A DNA stretch of 64,000 nt from Candidatus Bathyarchaeota archaeon (GCA_963775685.1 CAVZJV010000014.1:1056001-1120000); one strand, 5' to 3'; shown: positions 19,087-29,330, counted from the first letter of the stretch. Notes: a model not told the origin generated them from the sequence alone. Translations and numbers: made by a program.

Positions 19087-19547
19087 CCCAACCAACAAAA
19101 AATAAACATTTTTTATTTTTTTAAATCGAAGCTATAATGAGTTGAGTATGTCACCATTATTTTAACCAGAGCCTACTCAGCCCAACTTTTCTCTTTTCTT
19201 TCTATTACTAACATTTGTCACCACCTTAATACGGGCAGAGCAAAAATATCGAAGCTTTGTTAGCACAAAAAACCTCAAGGTATTGTGAGTGAAAGAAGAA
19301 AAAGAGCTTGCACAAACAATTTTTTCTTCTTACAAAGAGCCACATCTAAACATGTAGAAGAAGAAACGCCTGTTGCACCAACACCTTTTCTTTCAAACAA
19401 ATCTAAAGAACAGTTAACCCCAAAAGACAGGAAATCCACCATTCTTTCAACTTAAGCATGAATCGACGCTAACTGTAACAAATCAAATACCCAAACGATA
19501 CATCTTTTGGTGCTTTGAACCTTCCAGATTCTACAAGTAAACTATCT

Positions 19548-19667
19548 TTAGAAGGTTAGTTGTTTTGTGTTGGGCTCTTTTTTGTCGTTGTCTTCATACC
19601 AGTAGTTGACCCAGTCGGGGTCTAATTCTTCAGCTATTGTGTCTGGATCTTTTTTTTCTGTTTTCAT
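19548..19667 (-). CDS. Putative 39-aa acidic micro-protein
   Basis: MKTEKKDPDTIAEELDPDWVNYWYEDNDKKEPNTKQLTF*; below the ORF-track cutoff. Confidence 0.4.
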   Translation of the reverse strand: MKTEKKDPDTIAEELDPDWVNYWYEDNDKKEPNTKQLTF

Positions 19668-20470
19668 GATTTGAAACCTTAAGAAAGCAAACTTATTTGG
19701 AGATAGTATTAGCTCTTATGAATCTCAAATACTATTTTTCATCAACATTTCCTTGTCAAAATCTTGCAAATCCAACAACTGTACAAATTATTACGTGAGA
19801 ACTATACAAAAAAAATAGTGTTAAATTGACCCATAATTTTTGGAACAAAATATTGGTGCCGTTATAATTCTCAAGCACATGACGCAACGAGCACTAAAGA
19901 TAACTTCGCAGACTAGTTGATGAATCGCAGATAAAAGTGGTTCTTGAAAGAATGGGAAATAGGTCAACTGCAAGAACTAACTCGTTAATATCTGCTGAGA
20001 GCGATAATTGTTTTCACCTTTCCCAACCTTTCCACAATTGATTACTTAAGGTTGACGTCAAATAGAAAATTAAGTAAATGGAATCTAACGTTTACATTTG
20101 CGTTACAATATTAAATTTCCTGAAGCATTCGAGAGGTTTGAAGGTGATGTTGACCTTGGCAGGTTTGAAGCTTATCGACAGCTAACAAATGAATTTAGCG
20201 TTTAGATGGTGGGCAGGGCACGCTGGAAAAGCACAACTATACAGTGAAGTGATTTGAATACAGAAGCAAGAAATTTGGGCTTTGAAGTCTCAAGCATCTT
20301 TAGACTGTGAGATGTTTCTTCCCGATCAGGTAAAAATATAAGGTCAGTAGAAAAAAAAGAGAGGACCCTTTGTTGTCGATGCAAATTTAAGAACTAAGTA
20401 TAGAGATGTTAGGACTGGGCGATTCGTAAAGAAGCCCTAGCTCTATCTTCCTACTTTCTTTCAGCTTGCC

Positions 20471-20590
20471 TTATATTAAGTGAAAAAGAAATCTCACAAC
20501 AACAACAAGAATTATTATTAATACCACTACTACAATAGCGTACCAGAGCCATCCAGCTAAACCAGCTTTGATATTTCGCAAAAACTTCAT
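20471..20590 (-). CDS. Putative 39-aa micro-protein resembling a class III signal peptide / minimal pilin
   Basis: SD GGGTGA; MKFLRNIKAG-LAGWLWYAIVVVVLIIILVVVVRFLFHLI*. Confidence 0.6.
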   Translation of the reverse strand: MKFLRNIKAGLAGWLWYAIVVVVLIIILVVVVRFLFHLI

Positions 20591-20679
20591 TTGTCCAATC
20601 ACCCCTTTTATAACTGACTCGTTGTCTACTTAACGATTTGTGACTGTAGAATCACAACTACAAACCGAGCGCTGACATT

Positions 20680-20811
20680 GAGACAGACTGGCTGACACCT
20701 TGACAGACAAAATGACAGGATGAGGGTGCGCGTGGGTGGGAGAATACGTTCGTTATGAGTTCGTAGTCGTAGGCGTTTACGTTCAAGAGAAAAAAAACTA
20801 AAATTTAATCC
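20680..20811 (+). repeat. Dispersed repeat B, copy 1
   Basis: Blocks TTGACAGACAA, TGAGGGT.CGCGTG.GTG.GAGA, GTTCGTAGTCGTA, GAGAAAAAAAA and AAAATTTAATCC recur in the same order at 24390-24527. Confidence 0.75.
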
Positions 20812-21016
20812 AATACTGGGTGTATGGACTCGAATTTGCGATTCGGGTTTGAACTATAATTATCAAGGGAAATCCAACATAATTCTTAATTAGCATCGAA
20901 AATTCCCTGATAATTATAGCTCGCGCTTGTATTATAGGTTTATTTTGACGAGATCAACTAAATTAGGCAGTGAAGACATAAAAAAAAGAATAAGGGAAGT
21001 TGTTTTTGTGTTAGAT

Positions 21017-23677
21017 TTATGGTCTTTTTCTGAGCATTAGTAATGCTAGCACTACAAAGCCTATTATGATGACTACGATTATGGCTGCGACTGCTGGAAT
21101 AAAGTATTGGTCAGCGATAGATTGTTCAGCGGGTGGTTGTGGGGTAGCTGTCGCTGGCGCTGCTGCTGCGTAGAATGACGTCTCTGCAGATGTTCCGTAG
21201 TATGAGTTTGTGCCTGCAAATGATGCAGTGACTATGTATGAGCCCTCTATGTCTGGAGCCCAAGCATATGTGAACATACCGCTTGAGTCAGTAGTGGTTG
21301 TGCCTATGTTTCTGAAGTTTCCATTGCTATCAACAACGCCTAGTGTTACAGTGACGCCTACTGTATTGGTTGGTTTTGCCTTCTGCATATAGACGTATTC
21401 CATCCATGCACTTTGGCTCTCGTCAGAAACGCATGGTACACCATTGGGGAACCGAGCCATTGGTTCATCTTGTGTTGTTCCTGCCGATATGTCCATGACT
21501 GTGCCTCGTATTACAACGGGAGCACCGACAATTGTTGCAATGTTAGGAGCTGTGACGGCCATGGCGCTTGGTCCTTTACCTATGGAGTATACTTTCATGT
21601 CATATGCATTTAGATAGGCGATTTGTCCGTCTGCTGTTGGGAATCCATAGTCGCTGAAACCGCCAACGCAAGCCCAGCTTTTGATTTTCCAGAGTTCTTG
21701 ACCTGTGGTTGCATTGAGGCATCTTAGCATTTCATCTCTGTACAATGGTGTGTTTGGCGAGTGTTCGCTACTGTAAACGTAGACTTTGTCATCGCATATT
21801 CCGCCAATGAATATTGGGTATAATCCCCATGGAGTTTCTGCGCCGCTGTTTGTACTATTTCCTGCACCGTCGTCTCCGTATGACCAGTCAAGGTTGCCTG
21901 TTTTTGTATCATATGCTCGGATTTCGCCGCCGTATCCACCAACATAAAGTTTGTCATACGCTACATAGCCGATTTGTGCCACACCACCGCTTCCAACTGT
22001 TGGATAGTAATTGAAGGCGCGAGTATCACCTACTGGACCCCAAACTTGGTTTCCGCTGTCAAGGCTGTAACCATACCATTGCCTTGTTTCTTTTGTGCTA
22101 ACAAAGAACATACGGTTTATCGGATCGACTGTACCTAGCTGCATGGTAATGTTACCTGATGGCACTTGAATATCCTTAGTCCACAATAGTGAGCCTTGTG
22201 AGCCTTCCTTTAGGCTGACTGCCCATAACGTTGCATGTACTGTGCTGGTATCAGCTGCGATTCCACCCCAAGTGGGTTGACCAAAAGCAGAGCGAGTGTT
22301 TGCATAGCCTAGCATTAAGTCACCGTTAATAGCCCAGCCTATACCCGCATTTGTTGAAGGCATATTAGAGGGCAACGTGACGTTCCAGGAGTATGAATCG
22401 CGCAGTGTCGAGTTGTAGACGTTGTTTACTGGTCTCCATCCATTTGATGATAGTGCGTTTGCAATTCCGTTAGTCACACATTGTGTGAAGTTCCATAGTG
22501 CTAACCATTTGTTTGCAGCATTGAGTTGATAGATTAGTGGCTCTCCCATAGGTCCATAACTCATGGTTCCTGATGGAACGTTAGTAATGTTAAAGACCCA
22601 GCTTCCATCAACAGGATCAAACATCTGCCACGTTGGAACTCCGCTTACAGTTTGGGTAGCGATCAAGTATGAAATGGTACCGTGTTGGTTTGGTGTATCA
22701 ACATTTATGACTGCACCGAAAGATGGATTCACAATGTAGTCCTGCCGCCATGTTTGCTCACCGGTACGTAAATTAACGCTTATGTAGCCACCGCCTGCGC
22801 CGTTGTTGCTGTGTGGTAATCCATAGAATAGTTGGCCGTTGATTATGATTGGATTGTTGAATTTGGTTTCATATGATAAGCCTGTGTAGAATACAGTACC
22901 AGTAATTGATGTCAGTGTAGATGGAGAGTTAGGTTCCTCATAGGCGTTATATCCACCTACGATACCACCAAAAGTGATTGGGTTGCTCCACATTATGTGT
23001 GCGCTGTCTGGTGCTATGCCATCTGGGATGTATCTAACTGAGCCAAAACTGTAGGCTGCGCCCATTGGATAGACATAGTTGGACCCAATCGCATACCAAT
23101 TTGAGTTTTCTCCCTCTATTGGTCTTGTCCAGTACTCAGATGGCAAGGGGGTATTTGTTCCTGTAGAGGCGGGTTCTTCTTGGACTGTTAAAGTTGTTTG
23201 GGCTGAACTGGCTAGGTAAGTGTCGTTTACGTATTGTGAGGCGGGGTTGTAATCATAGTCGGTGTATTTTTGTCCGGGGAAGGAAAAGTTGAATGTGTAT
23301 GTACCTGTTTGGGTGGGGGTAAATGTGGTGTATGCTGAGGATGTGGAGTCGGTTACTGTATCCCAAGTGATTGTTTGCGTTGTGCCATCAGGTGCAGTAA
23401 TTAGGCATTTGTAGTTGTGGAATCTAATGTTGTTAGTAACTAATGTTCCGTCAAGTATTTTGTCTAGCCAAACTACTACGAGGCATTGCTGACCTGCACC
23501 AGCAGGGTTTGGTGAAACGTTGACAAAAGCATAGGTCGGGATTTCCCAAGCAGGAGTATGAGCGCTTGCCGTGGGAGTAGAAGTAAGCGATATAGCAGTA
23601 CTTAGTAGAAGGATTGCAGTGATCAAAGTTGCCATTGTTTTGTTTCTGGAGAATTGTTTGCTAATTATTTTATTCAT
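21017..23677 (-). CDS. Large secreted, C-terminally membrane-anchored PQQ-like beta-propeller / surface protein
   Basis: Signal peptide, Ig-like N-domain, repeated ...TG..LW blades, C-terminal TM followed by RKRP; SD AGGAG before ATG 23677. Confidence 0.85.
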   Translation of the reverse strand: MNKIISKQFSRNKTMATLITAILLLSTAISLTSTPTASAHTPAWEIPTYAFVNVSPNPAGAGQQCLVVVWLDKILDGTLVTNNIRFHNYKCLITAPDGTTQTITWDTVTDSTSSAYTTFTPTQTGTYTFNFSFPGQKYTDYDYNPASQYVNDTYLASSAQTTLTVQEEPASTGTNTPLPSEYWTRPIEGENSNWYAIGSNYVYPMGAAYSFGSVRYIPDGIAPDSAHIMWSNPITFGGIVGGYNAYEEPNSPSTLTSITGTVFYTGLSYETKFNNPIIINGQLFYGLPHSNNGAGGGYISVNLRTGEQTWRQDYIVNPSFGAVINVDTPNQHGTISYLIATQTVSGVPTWQMFDPVDGSWVFNITNVPSGTMSYGPMGEPLIYQLNAANKWLALWNFTQCVTNGIANALSSNGWRPVNNVYNSTLRDSYSWNVTLPSNMPSTNAGIGWAINGDLMLGYANTRSAFGQPTWGGIAADTSTVHATLWAVSLKEGSQGSLLWTKDIQVPSGNITMQLGTVDPINRMFFVSTKETRQWYGYSLDSGNQVWGPVGDTRAFNYYPTVGSGGVAQIGYVAYDKLYVGGYGGEIRAYDTKTGNLDWSYGDDGAGNSTNSGAETPWGLYPIFIGGICDDKVYVYSSEHSPNTPLYRDEMLRCLNATTGQELWKIKSWACVGGFSDYGFPTADGQIAYLNAYDMKVYSIGKGPSAMAVTAPNIATIVGAPVVIRGTVMDISAGTTQDEPMARFPNGVPCVSDESQSAWMEYVYMQKAKPTNTVGVTVTLGVVDSNGNFRNIGTTTTDSSGMFTYAWAPDIEGSYIVTASFAGTNSYYGTSAETSFYAAAAPATATPQPPAEQSIADQYFIPAVAAIIVVIIIGFVVLALLMLRKRP

Positions 23678-23934
23678 TTTTTCTTCTCCTAAATTAGGTA
23701 AAATTAGTATTGTTTTGGTTTCTTTATAAATTCGACTCAACTATTGGAGTATTGGCAATCTAAAATTTTTCCCTTTTGTTGTGTAATATCGTGTTGTATT
23801 GTTTGTAATTATATTTCTACACTTTTTGTTGTTTTTCTATATTTTTGTCTGAGGGTGTCTATTGACAGAAGATAAGAGAGAGTAAGAGAAGAGTAGAGAA
23901 AAATAATTAACAAGAGAGAGAAAAAGATTAAAAT

Positions 23935-24168
23935 TTAATCTTGAATTAATTTGCTATACCGTCTTCTCTGTTCCAAGTATTCTACTAAGAAGAATATACC
24001 TTGTATTATGAAGTACAACCCAACAATCCATTGAAGCAAATCTTTGAAGACTATGACAAATATGCCGAAGACTATTGCCATCAAAGCCATTATTGGCGTG
24101 GTTACTCTAAAACTGATGTTTCCTGGCCCATTTTCATTTTTTCGAGCTATAAAATTCGCCTCAACCAT
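23935..24168 (-). CDS. Small membrane protein (DUF3096-like)
   Basis: AIVFGIFVIVFKDLLQWIVGLYFIIQG. Confidence 0.6.
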   Translation of the reverse strand: MVEANFIARKNENGPGNISFRVTTPIMALMAIVFGIFVIVFKDLLQWIVGLYFIIQGIFFLVEYLEQRRRYSKLIQD

Positions 24169-24389
24169 TGTATCTTGCAGTTCTATTTAAAACTTATCAG
24201 CTGCATGTATGAAACAACAAAATTCGAAAACCAATCAATAGAAGAATAGCACTTAGCGTCCACAGACTTTTCATTTATACAACCCCTCACTTGTTTGTTA
24301 ATTTTACTTTAAAGCCTTATTTTTTGTATTTGCTTATGATTAAAGAGTAACAGAGGGGAGACTGGTCGACCGCGTCTAACAGCTTTGTT

Positions 24390-24527
24390 GACAGTGACTG
24401 GCAGTTTGACAGACAAGAAGACAGACTGGATGACGGTGAGGGTACGCGTGCGTGAGAGAGTGAGTTTGTACGTTCGTAGTCGTATTCGTTTGAAAACGAG
24501 AGAGAAAAAAAAATCAAAATTTAATCC
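24390..24527 (+). repeat. Dispersed repeat B, copy 2
   Basis: Same ordered blocks as 20680-20811. Confidence 0.75.
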
Positions 24528-24889
24528 TAAACCAAAATTCAGATAATTAGACTCAGCTTTGAACACAGCAATAAGATGATGCTTAAGCTTGAAGTCGCTA
24601 AAGTCGGCAAACCATAATAGAGTTAGGTGGCTCTGAATTATCAGGGTTTTTGTTTTTCGATAAGCATAACATGCACAGTTACGCCTTCTCTGGTTGCCCC
24701 AATTTCCAGTTCATGGTCACGAAGGAAGCGCAAAATCTCATGGATTTCTTTGTAGAAACCGAGCAAACTACTTAATGCTCATACACTTTGCCCTTGTAGG
24801 TTTTCCTGACGATTTAGAATCCAAGCTTCACCAAACCCAACCCTTCCTACACCGTCTTCTTGTCTGGCGGCATCCAAACTGGTTTGCCT

Positions 24890-25434
24890 TCAACTATCTC
24901 CGCTCAGTGGGCAACGGAAGGGCAAACCCAAAGCCTCAAACACGCCCTGCTCAGTTTCCCCAGCGATTGCCAAGTTGTCCTTGATTAGTCCTTCGCTGTA
25001 TTTGAGGCGCATATCCTTTGAAAACGCATGACCTGCAAGCCACATGTTATGGTCAGCTGAACCCGTGCGGATAAGCAGGTGAATCCCGAAGGTGGAGGGT
25101 TTGGCACGGTAGAAATCCACTTGAAAAAGCCCACCCTGGCATGGCACATAGGCTTTGATGACGCTGTTCCCTGCACAATTGGGTTTAGCTTTTAGTTGCT
25201 TGAGCTTATCGTTTATTTTCTGCCATTCAGCATCGCTTTTTGCTACAACAACAAAGTCAATATCGTGAATCTTGGGTTTTTGCCGTCTTATGCTTCCTGC
25301 AACTTCTAATCACACATAGAGATTCCACAGCATGATTTGACTTGAGCGGCAATTCTTTCGGCTTCTTCCAAGTCCAACTCAGGGATGATGTAGACTGCAT
25401 CTTGGGGGAATAGTGTGGATTGTTTTTTCATCAT
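24890..25434 (-). pseudogene. Minimal DNA polymerase X / nucleotidyltransferase (palm and thumb only), with indels near 25310-25330 and at the C-terminus
   Basis: LEVAGSIRRQKPKIHDIDFVV, QVDFY, LIRTGSADHN, ETEQGVFEALGLP. Confidence 0.75.
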
Positions 25435-25500
25435 TTTAATCACTTACAGTTGAGGTTCCTTATTAGGTTCGTCAATTGTCGGAGATCGCTAAGCTTTGTT

Positions 25501-25731
25501 TCAAGTTTTTGTAACTTTTTTTGGTGGACCCAACAGCATAGACATGACCATGGGCTCAAACACTATCGGGTTTGTCGCCATGCTGCTCTCCGAAGCGAAG
25601 ACTCTGCAAATGTCCATCAAGTCATCAAACGCCTTCCGATCCTCCTCCTTCGGCAGTGCTTTCTTGAAATCCTTCCATGTGTTAATCTCAAACTCCAAGG
25701 CAATGCGATAAGCTGGAACAGTCTTACCCAT
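25501..25731 (-). CDS. Small helical archaeal protein of the MG(R/K)TVP family, usually found with PolB2 (arCOG07300-like); C-terminus frameshifted
   Basis: MGKTVPAYR...W..FKKAL..EDRKAFDDL...NPIVFE..MS.LL; alternate frame continues HQKKLQKLE. Confidence 0.7.
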   Translation of the reverse strand: MGKTVPAYRIALEFEINTWKDFKKALPKEEDRKAFDDLMDICRVFASESSMATNPIVFEPMVMSMLLGPPKKVTKT

Positions 25732-25734
25732 ATA

Positions 25735-25959
25735 TTATGTCCCAGCGCTTCTAACGTGAGTGATGTGAGATAGGACGAAGTCTTGTTTTCCGAGGGTTTT
25801 GTGGAGTAAGTCTTGGATAGCAACGTTCATGCTGCCTCTGTGGTATGGCTTAACAATTTTCTCTACAAACTCGGCAACAAGTGACGCCGAAACACCATAG
25901 AACGTCAGACCTATTGAAAGGTCTTTTTCAGTCGCAAAAACGGCTACTTTCTTTTTCAT
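25735..25959 (-). CDS. Small hypothetical protein, first gene of the PolX cassette
   Basis: SD AGGTGG, ATG start, 3-nt gap to next gene. Confidence 0.6.
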   Translation of the reverse strand: MKKKVAVFATEKDLSIGLTFYGVSASLVAEFVEKIVKPYHRGSMNVAIQDLLHKTLGKQDFVLSHITHVRSAGT

Positions 25960-26192
25960 ACTTAACCACCTAACCCGCCTCTATGGTTGAGCCTAATAAA
26001 AAGAAGAACGTTAAACCGTAGTTCCGGAGCAGTGGGGAGAGGGAAGTAAAAGTGAATTCCTTTTCGTCGAAAAATTTAGCGCTTATTTTGATAACTGGTT
26101 ATGGATAAGTTAACGCCTTAATTTCTAAGCCATTAACCTTTTAAACGGTAGCTGCAAAATCTTAGTTTGAATCTTTTTGTGGAAGCCACGAA

Positions 26193-26492
26193 CTATTTTA
26201 TTCTGTATACTGTCTGCAAGATTTTGCAATCATCTACGATAGGCAGAACTTCATTGAGTTCTTTGAAGGTTTTTAGAACACTTATGCCACGGGCGGTAAC
26301 TGCGTAGATTATGTTGTTTTTTCCAGCCGTTTTCTCTTCGACGAGTCCTTGCTTTTTTAGAAGGCCTAGGTACTCTGTCGTTAATTTGCATTTCATATTA
26401 GCTTTATACATGACGTGAGTCAACTTCAGAGGACCCCTTTGCGCAAGAACCTTCAAAACATCAACGTACATTTCTATGTTTGAGCGGCGCAT
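26193..26492 (-). CDS. Winged-helix transcriptional regulator (ArnR1-like)
   Basis: MRRSNIEMYVDVL...PLKLTHVMYKANM...YAVTARG. Confidence 0.85.
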   Translation of the reverse strand: MRRSNIEMYVDVLKVLAQRGPLKLTHVMYKANMKCKLTTEYLGLLKKQGLVEEKTAGKNNIIYAVTARGISVLKTFKELNEVLPIVDDCKILQTVYRIK

Positions 26493-26646
26493 ATTGACGG
26501 TCTTAACTTAAACTAAAAATAAAATTAACGCTATGTGCGTCATTTAGGGCATTCACATTAGACACTATCGCCTAAGTCATTTTTAGGGAGCCTACCTGAG
26601 GTCTGGATTTTCAGGTTAGTACCGTATGGTATGTCAACAACAAAAG

Positions 26647-26883
26647 TTAGTTGTCCTGAACTACCATCAGTGCTAGCGAGTTTTTTACACCTGCGATGGT
26701 TTTTATTCGTAGTTTGGTGATTTCTTTGAGCTTGTCGATGGAGTTGGCCTTGATTTTTATTAGAAGGTCGTAGGCGCCGTATAATGCGTGGGCTTCTTCG
26801 ACGCCATCAACTTGTCTTAAGCTTTTTAAAACTGTATCTTGGGTATTTGAATCGGTGTTTACTAAAACTACTGCTGAAATCAT
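26647..26883 (-). CDS. Stand-alone Lrp/AsnC ligand-binding (RAM) domain protein
   Basis: AVVLVN...VEEAHALYGAYDLLIKI. Confidence 0.85.
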   Translation of the reverse strand: MISAVVLVNTDSNTQDTVLKSLRQVDGVEEAHALYGAYDLLIKIKANSIDKLKEITKLRIKTIAGVKNSLALMVVQDN

Positions 26884-27284
26884 AGTTAATCCTCGTTATT
26901 TTGCATTTATCTTGAAAGGGCATAATTAAGATGTGTGGTTGCATAGGTGAAGCCACAAAGCGCTAACTAAAATTAGAATCAAACAAAAAAACACGCCCTA
27001 AAAGCGCAGGTCCAAAACAAAAAATTCAAAAATCAACCCCAACCTATACCCCCAGTCTACTGTAAGGATCAAAGACTACATAGAAGAATCAGCAAAACAA
27101 GCGTCAAAACTGGAACCTTGTAACGGTTTAGAGTTACCCGTTTTGTGGACAATATCGACTTAGTATCCAAATCTTGAAGCCATCTTACAATGCTTTTTTG
27201 TAGGTAGATGACCACGTAGTTTCTCTTTGGAAAGATGGCTATCTTATAAATAGCATCTAAGAATATTTGTTTTAAGGGAACTGA

Positions 27285-27992
27285 TTGCATAGCATAATCA
27301 AGATTTGGCATAATGCTAACATTAAAACTGTTGTAGCTATTTTTCTTATAGTTGGCATAGTCATTGGTTCTTACTTTGGTTTACAATTAGGTTTGAACAC
27401 TTCTGTTCCCTTCAGAGTAGTTGAAAGCGGCAGCATGAGTCTTCCTCTTAACTTCATAACTGGACCACCCTACGCTTTAAACGATTTCTTATTAACATTA
27501 GAGCACCCCTTTGACAGAACCCTCGACACAGGCGATATAATAATTATCCAAAAAATTGACCCAAAAGACTTGAATACGAATTATCCTAACAGCGATATTA
27601 TAGTTTATAAACCCCCTACGGACCCAACGGAAACTCCGATTGTCCACCGCATAGTTGAAGTACAAGAAATTAACGGAACACTTTATTTCCAAACTAAAGG
27701 CGATGGAAATCCCAGCGTAAAATATCCAGCAATCCCCTCAGAAAGCAATTGGGACTCTCATACAATCTGGCACACAGGTCAAGGAGTTACTAACGACGCT
27801 GTCGAAAGCAGAGTTGTAATGCGTATCCCATTATTTGGCTGGGTAACACTCTTTATGAAACAAAATTCTTTAGCTTTACCATTAATTATCGGAATAATAC
27901 TGTTGCTTGTGGCTCTAGAGTTTGTAGTTCCAATCTTTAGAGATAGGAAGAAAGCTCTGTCAATCAAGGCACAGGTAAATGTTAACGGTTAA
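27285..27992 (+). CDS. Signal peptidase I (S26, Sec11-type)
   Basis: VVESGSM (Ser), GDIIII, PIVHRI (His), TKGDGN. Confidence 0.85.
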   Translation: MHSIIKIWHNANIKTVVAIFLIVGIVIGSYFGLQLGLNTSVPFRVVESGSMSLPLNFITGPPYALNDFLLTLEHPFDRTLDTGDIIIIQKIDPKDLNTNYPNSDIIVYKPPTDPTETPIVHRIVEVQEINGTLYFQTKGDGNPSVKYPAIPSESNWDSHTIWHTGQGVTNDAVESRVVMRIPLFGWVTLFMKQNSLALPLIIGIILLLVALEFVVPIFRDRKKALSIKAQVNVNG

Positions 27993-28691
27993 CCTCAAAG
28001 AAAGGAAGGGGTAGCAGATAAAAGAGTTCAGTTTTAATCTATAACCAAACGGGTCCAGGACCATTATACCCTAAGGGAGGACCCGCAGACTTAGCAACTT
28101 CTAGTCCTGAATTGCTTGTTCCCATTAAGTCACCACAGCCCAGCAACAAGACCAAAAAAACCATAAAATTTCGTAAAAAACTATTCTTTTACTAATTGAA
28201 GAAAACTCAGCAGGACCTTTACGAACCCTTGCTCTCCCCAGAGAACTCATTAGAAAATAGGGAGGCAATTTCAGTTTGGCAGAGCGCAGAGATGAAGATT
28301 AGGGTTCTTTTTTCTTGATCCGTTTGTACCTTTCCTCAAGGCGCCTATCTCTTTCTTTCCTCTCAAGACTAACAAGAGGAGCCACCGCCATAGCCCCAAG
28401 ACTTCGACCGATTTTCTTAACCAAATTCATCAAATCAACACTTCCTAAACTATGATTCCCCACCCAGCGTTTAAGGTATATTACTACTTCTGATATATGT
28501 CAACCAACGAATTATCCAACCAACAAAATACAAGATACAACCCACAAAAAACAAACACCACACAACAAACAACCAAAACCACACTCAAAAACGCCCAACA
28601 TCTTTCTTCTTAACACAAAACCTCCAGCACCAAAAAACCCGAAAAACCCAACATAAAGACAAACAAACAACACAAACAAAAACAAATTTCC

Positions 28692-28835
28692 TCAAAGAAT
28701 TGTAGACTGACCCTGAACCATAAAGCGGGTTTTACATTCTCTACAAGTATAGCAAGCTAAGGCAAAGATTGCATTTTCTATTTTTCTGTCCGGATTAGAA
28801 TTCTCTGCTCCACATTTGGGGCAAACAACCATCAT
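28692..28835 (-). CDS. 47-aa zinc-ribbon protein, Cren7-like layout
   Basis: MMVVCPKCGAENSNPDRKIEN...YTCRECKTRF; two CxxC pairs. Confidence 0.65.
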   Translation of the reverse strand: MMVVCPKCGAENSNPDRKIENAIFALACYTCRECKTRFMVQGQSTIL

Positions 28836-28853
28836 TCAGATAGCGCCCTAAAC

Positions 28854-29042
28854 CTAATGAGTAAGAGGTTGCTTTTTTGGTTCAACTACTGAGCGGTACT
28901 TGCCGCAGTACTGGTAGGGTCCATAAACGCAGGTTCTAGCTCCAGGATCATGCATCGAGCAACCCCTACGCTTTGGGCAGCCTCTGAAAAGACTACGACA
29001 TTTATCTTGCAATTTCACAAATCCAAACCCCAAAACACCCAT
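28854..29042 (-). CDS. Small Cys-rich hypothetical protein
   Basis: SD AGGAG; CP....C.........C.......YCGKYR. Confidence 0.55.
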   Translation of the reverse strand: MGVLGFGFVKLQDKCRSLFRGCPKRRGCSMHDPGARTCVYGPYQYCGKYRSVVEPKKQPLTH

Positions 29043-29054
29043 TTCTCCTTGTTT

Positions 29055-29330
29055 CTACACCCTCAAGTCGCGGTCTTTGTTGCGAAGTACTTCAGAAACA
29101 GCTTCCAATTCAGAAATTAAAGAAAAAGCCTGAGCAACCAAATTTAATTCCACGGCCTCTGTCGCTTTATGAGTTAGAGCAAAATTCGCTTTATGCTCTA
29201 GTACATGTTTTTCGATCGCGTTTCCCATAGCTACCAAATCAGGAATTAGAAGAATCTCATAACCACATTCACACTTTATAATGGGCAAATTCCGAGTCAA
29301 AGCATAGTTTAGCATTTTTTTTGAAGACAT
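29055..29330 (-). CDS. Small putative Zn-binding protein (CxC...HxxxH), paralog of 17996..18223
   Basis: IIKCECGYEILLIPDLVAMGNAIEKHVLEH. Confidence 0.7.
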   Translation of the reverse strand: MSSKKMLNYALTRNLPIIKCECGYEILLIPDLVAMGNAIEKHVLEHKANFALTHKATEAVELNLVAQAFSLISELEAVSEVLRNKDRDLRV

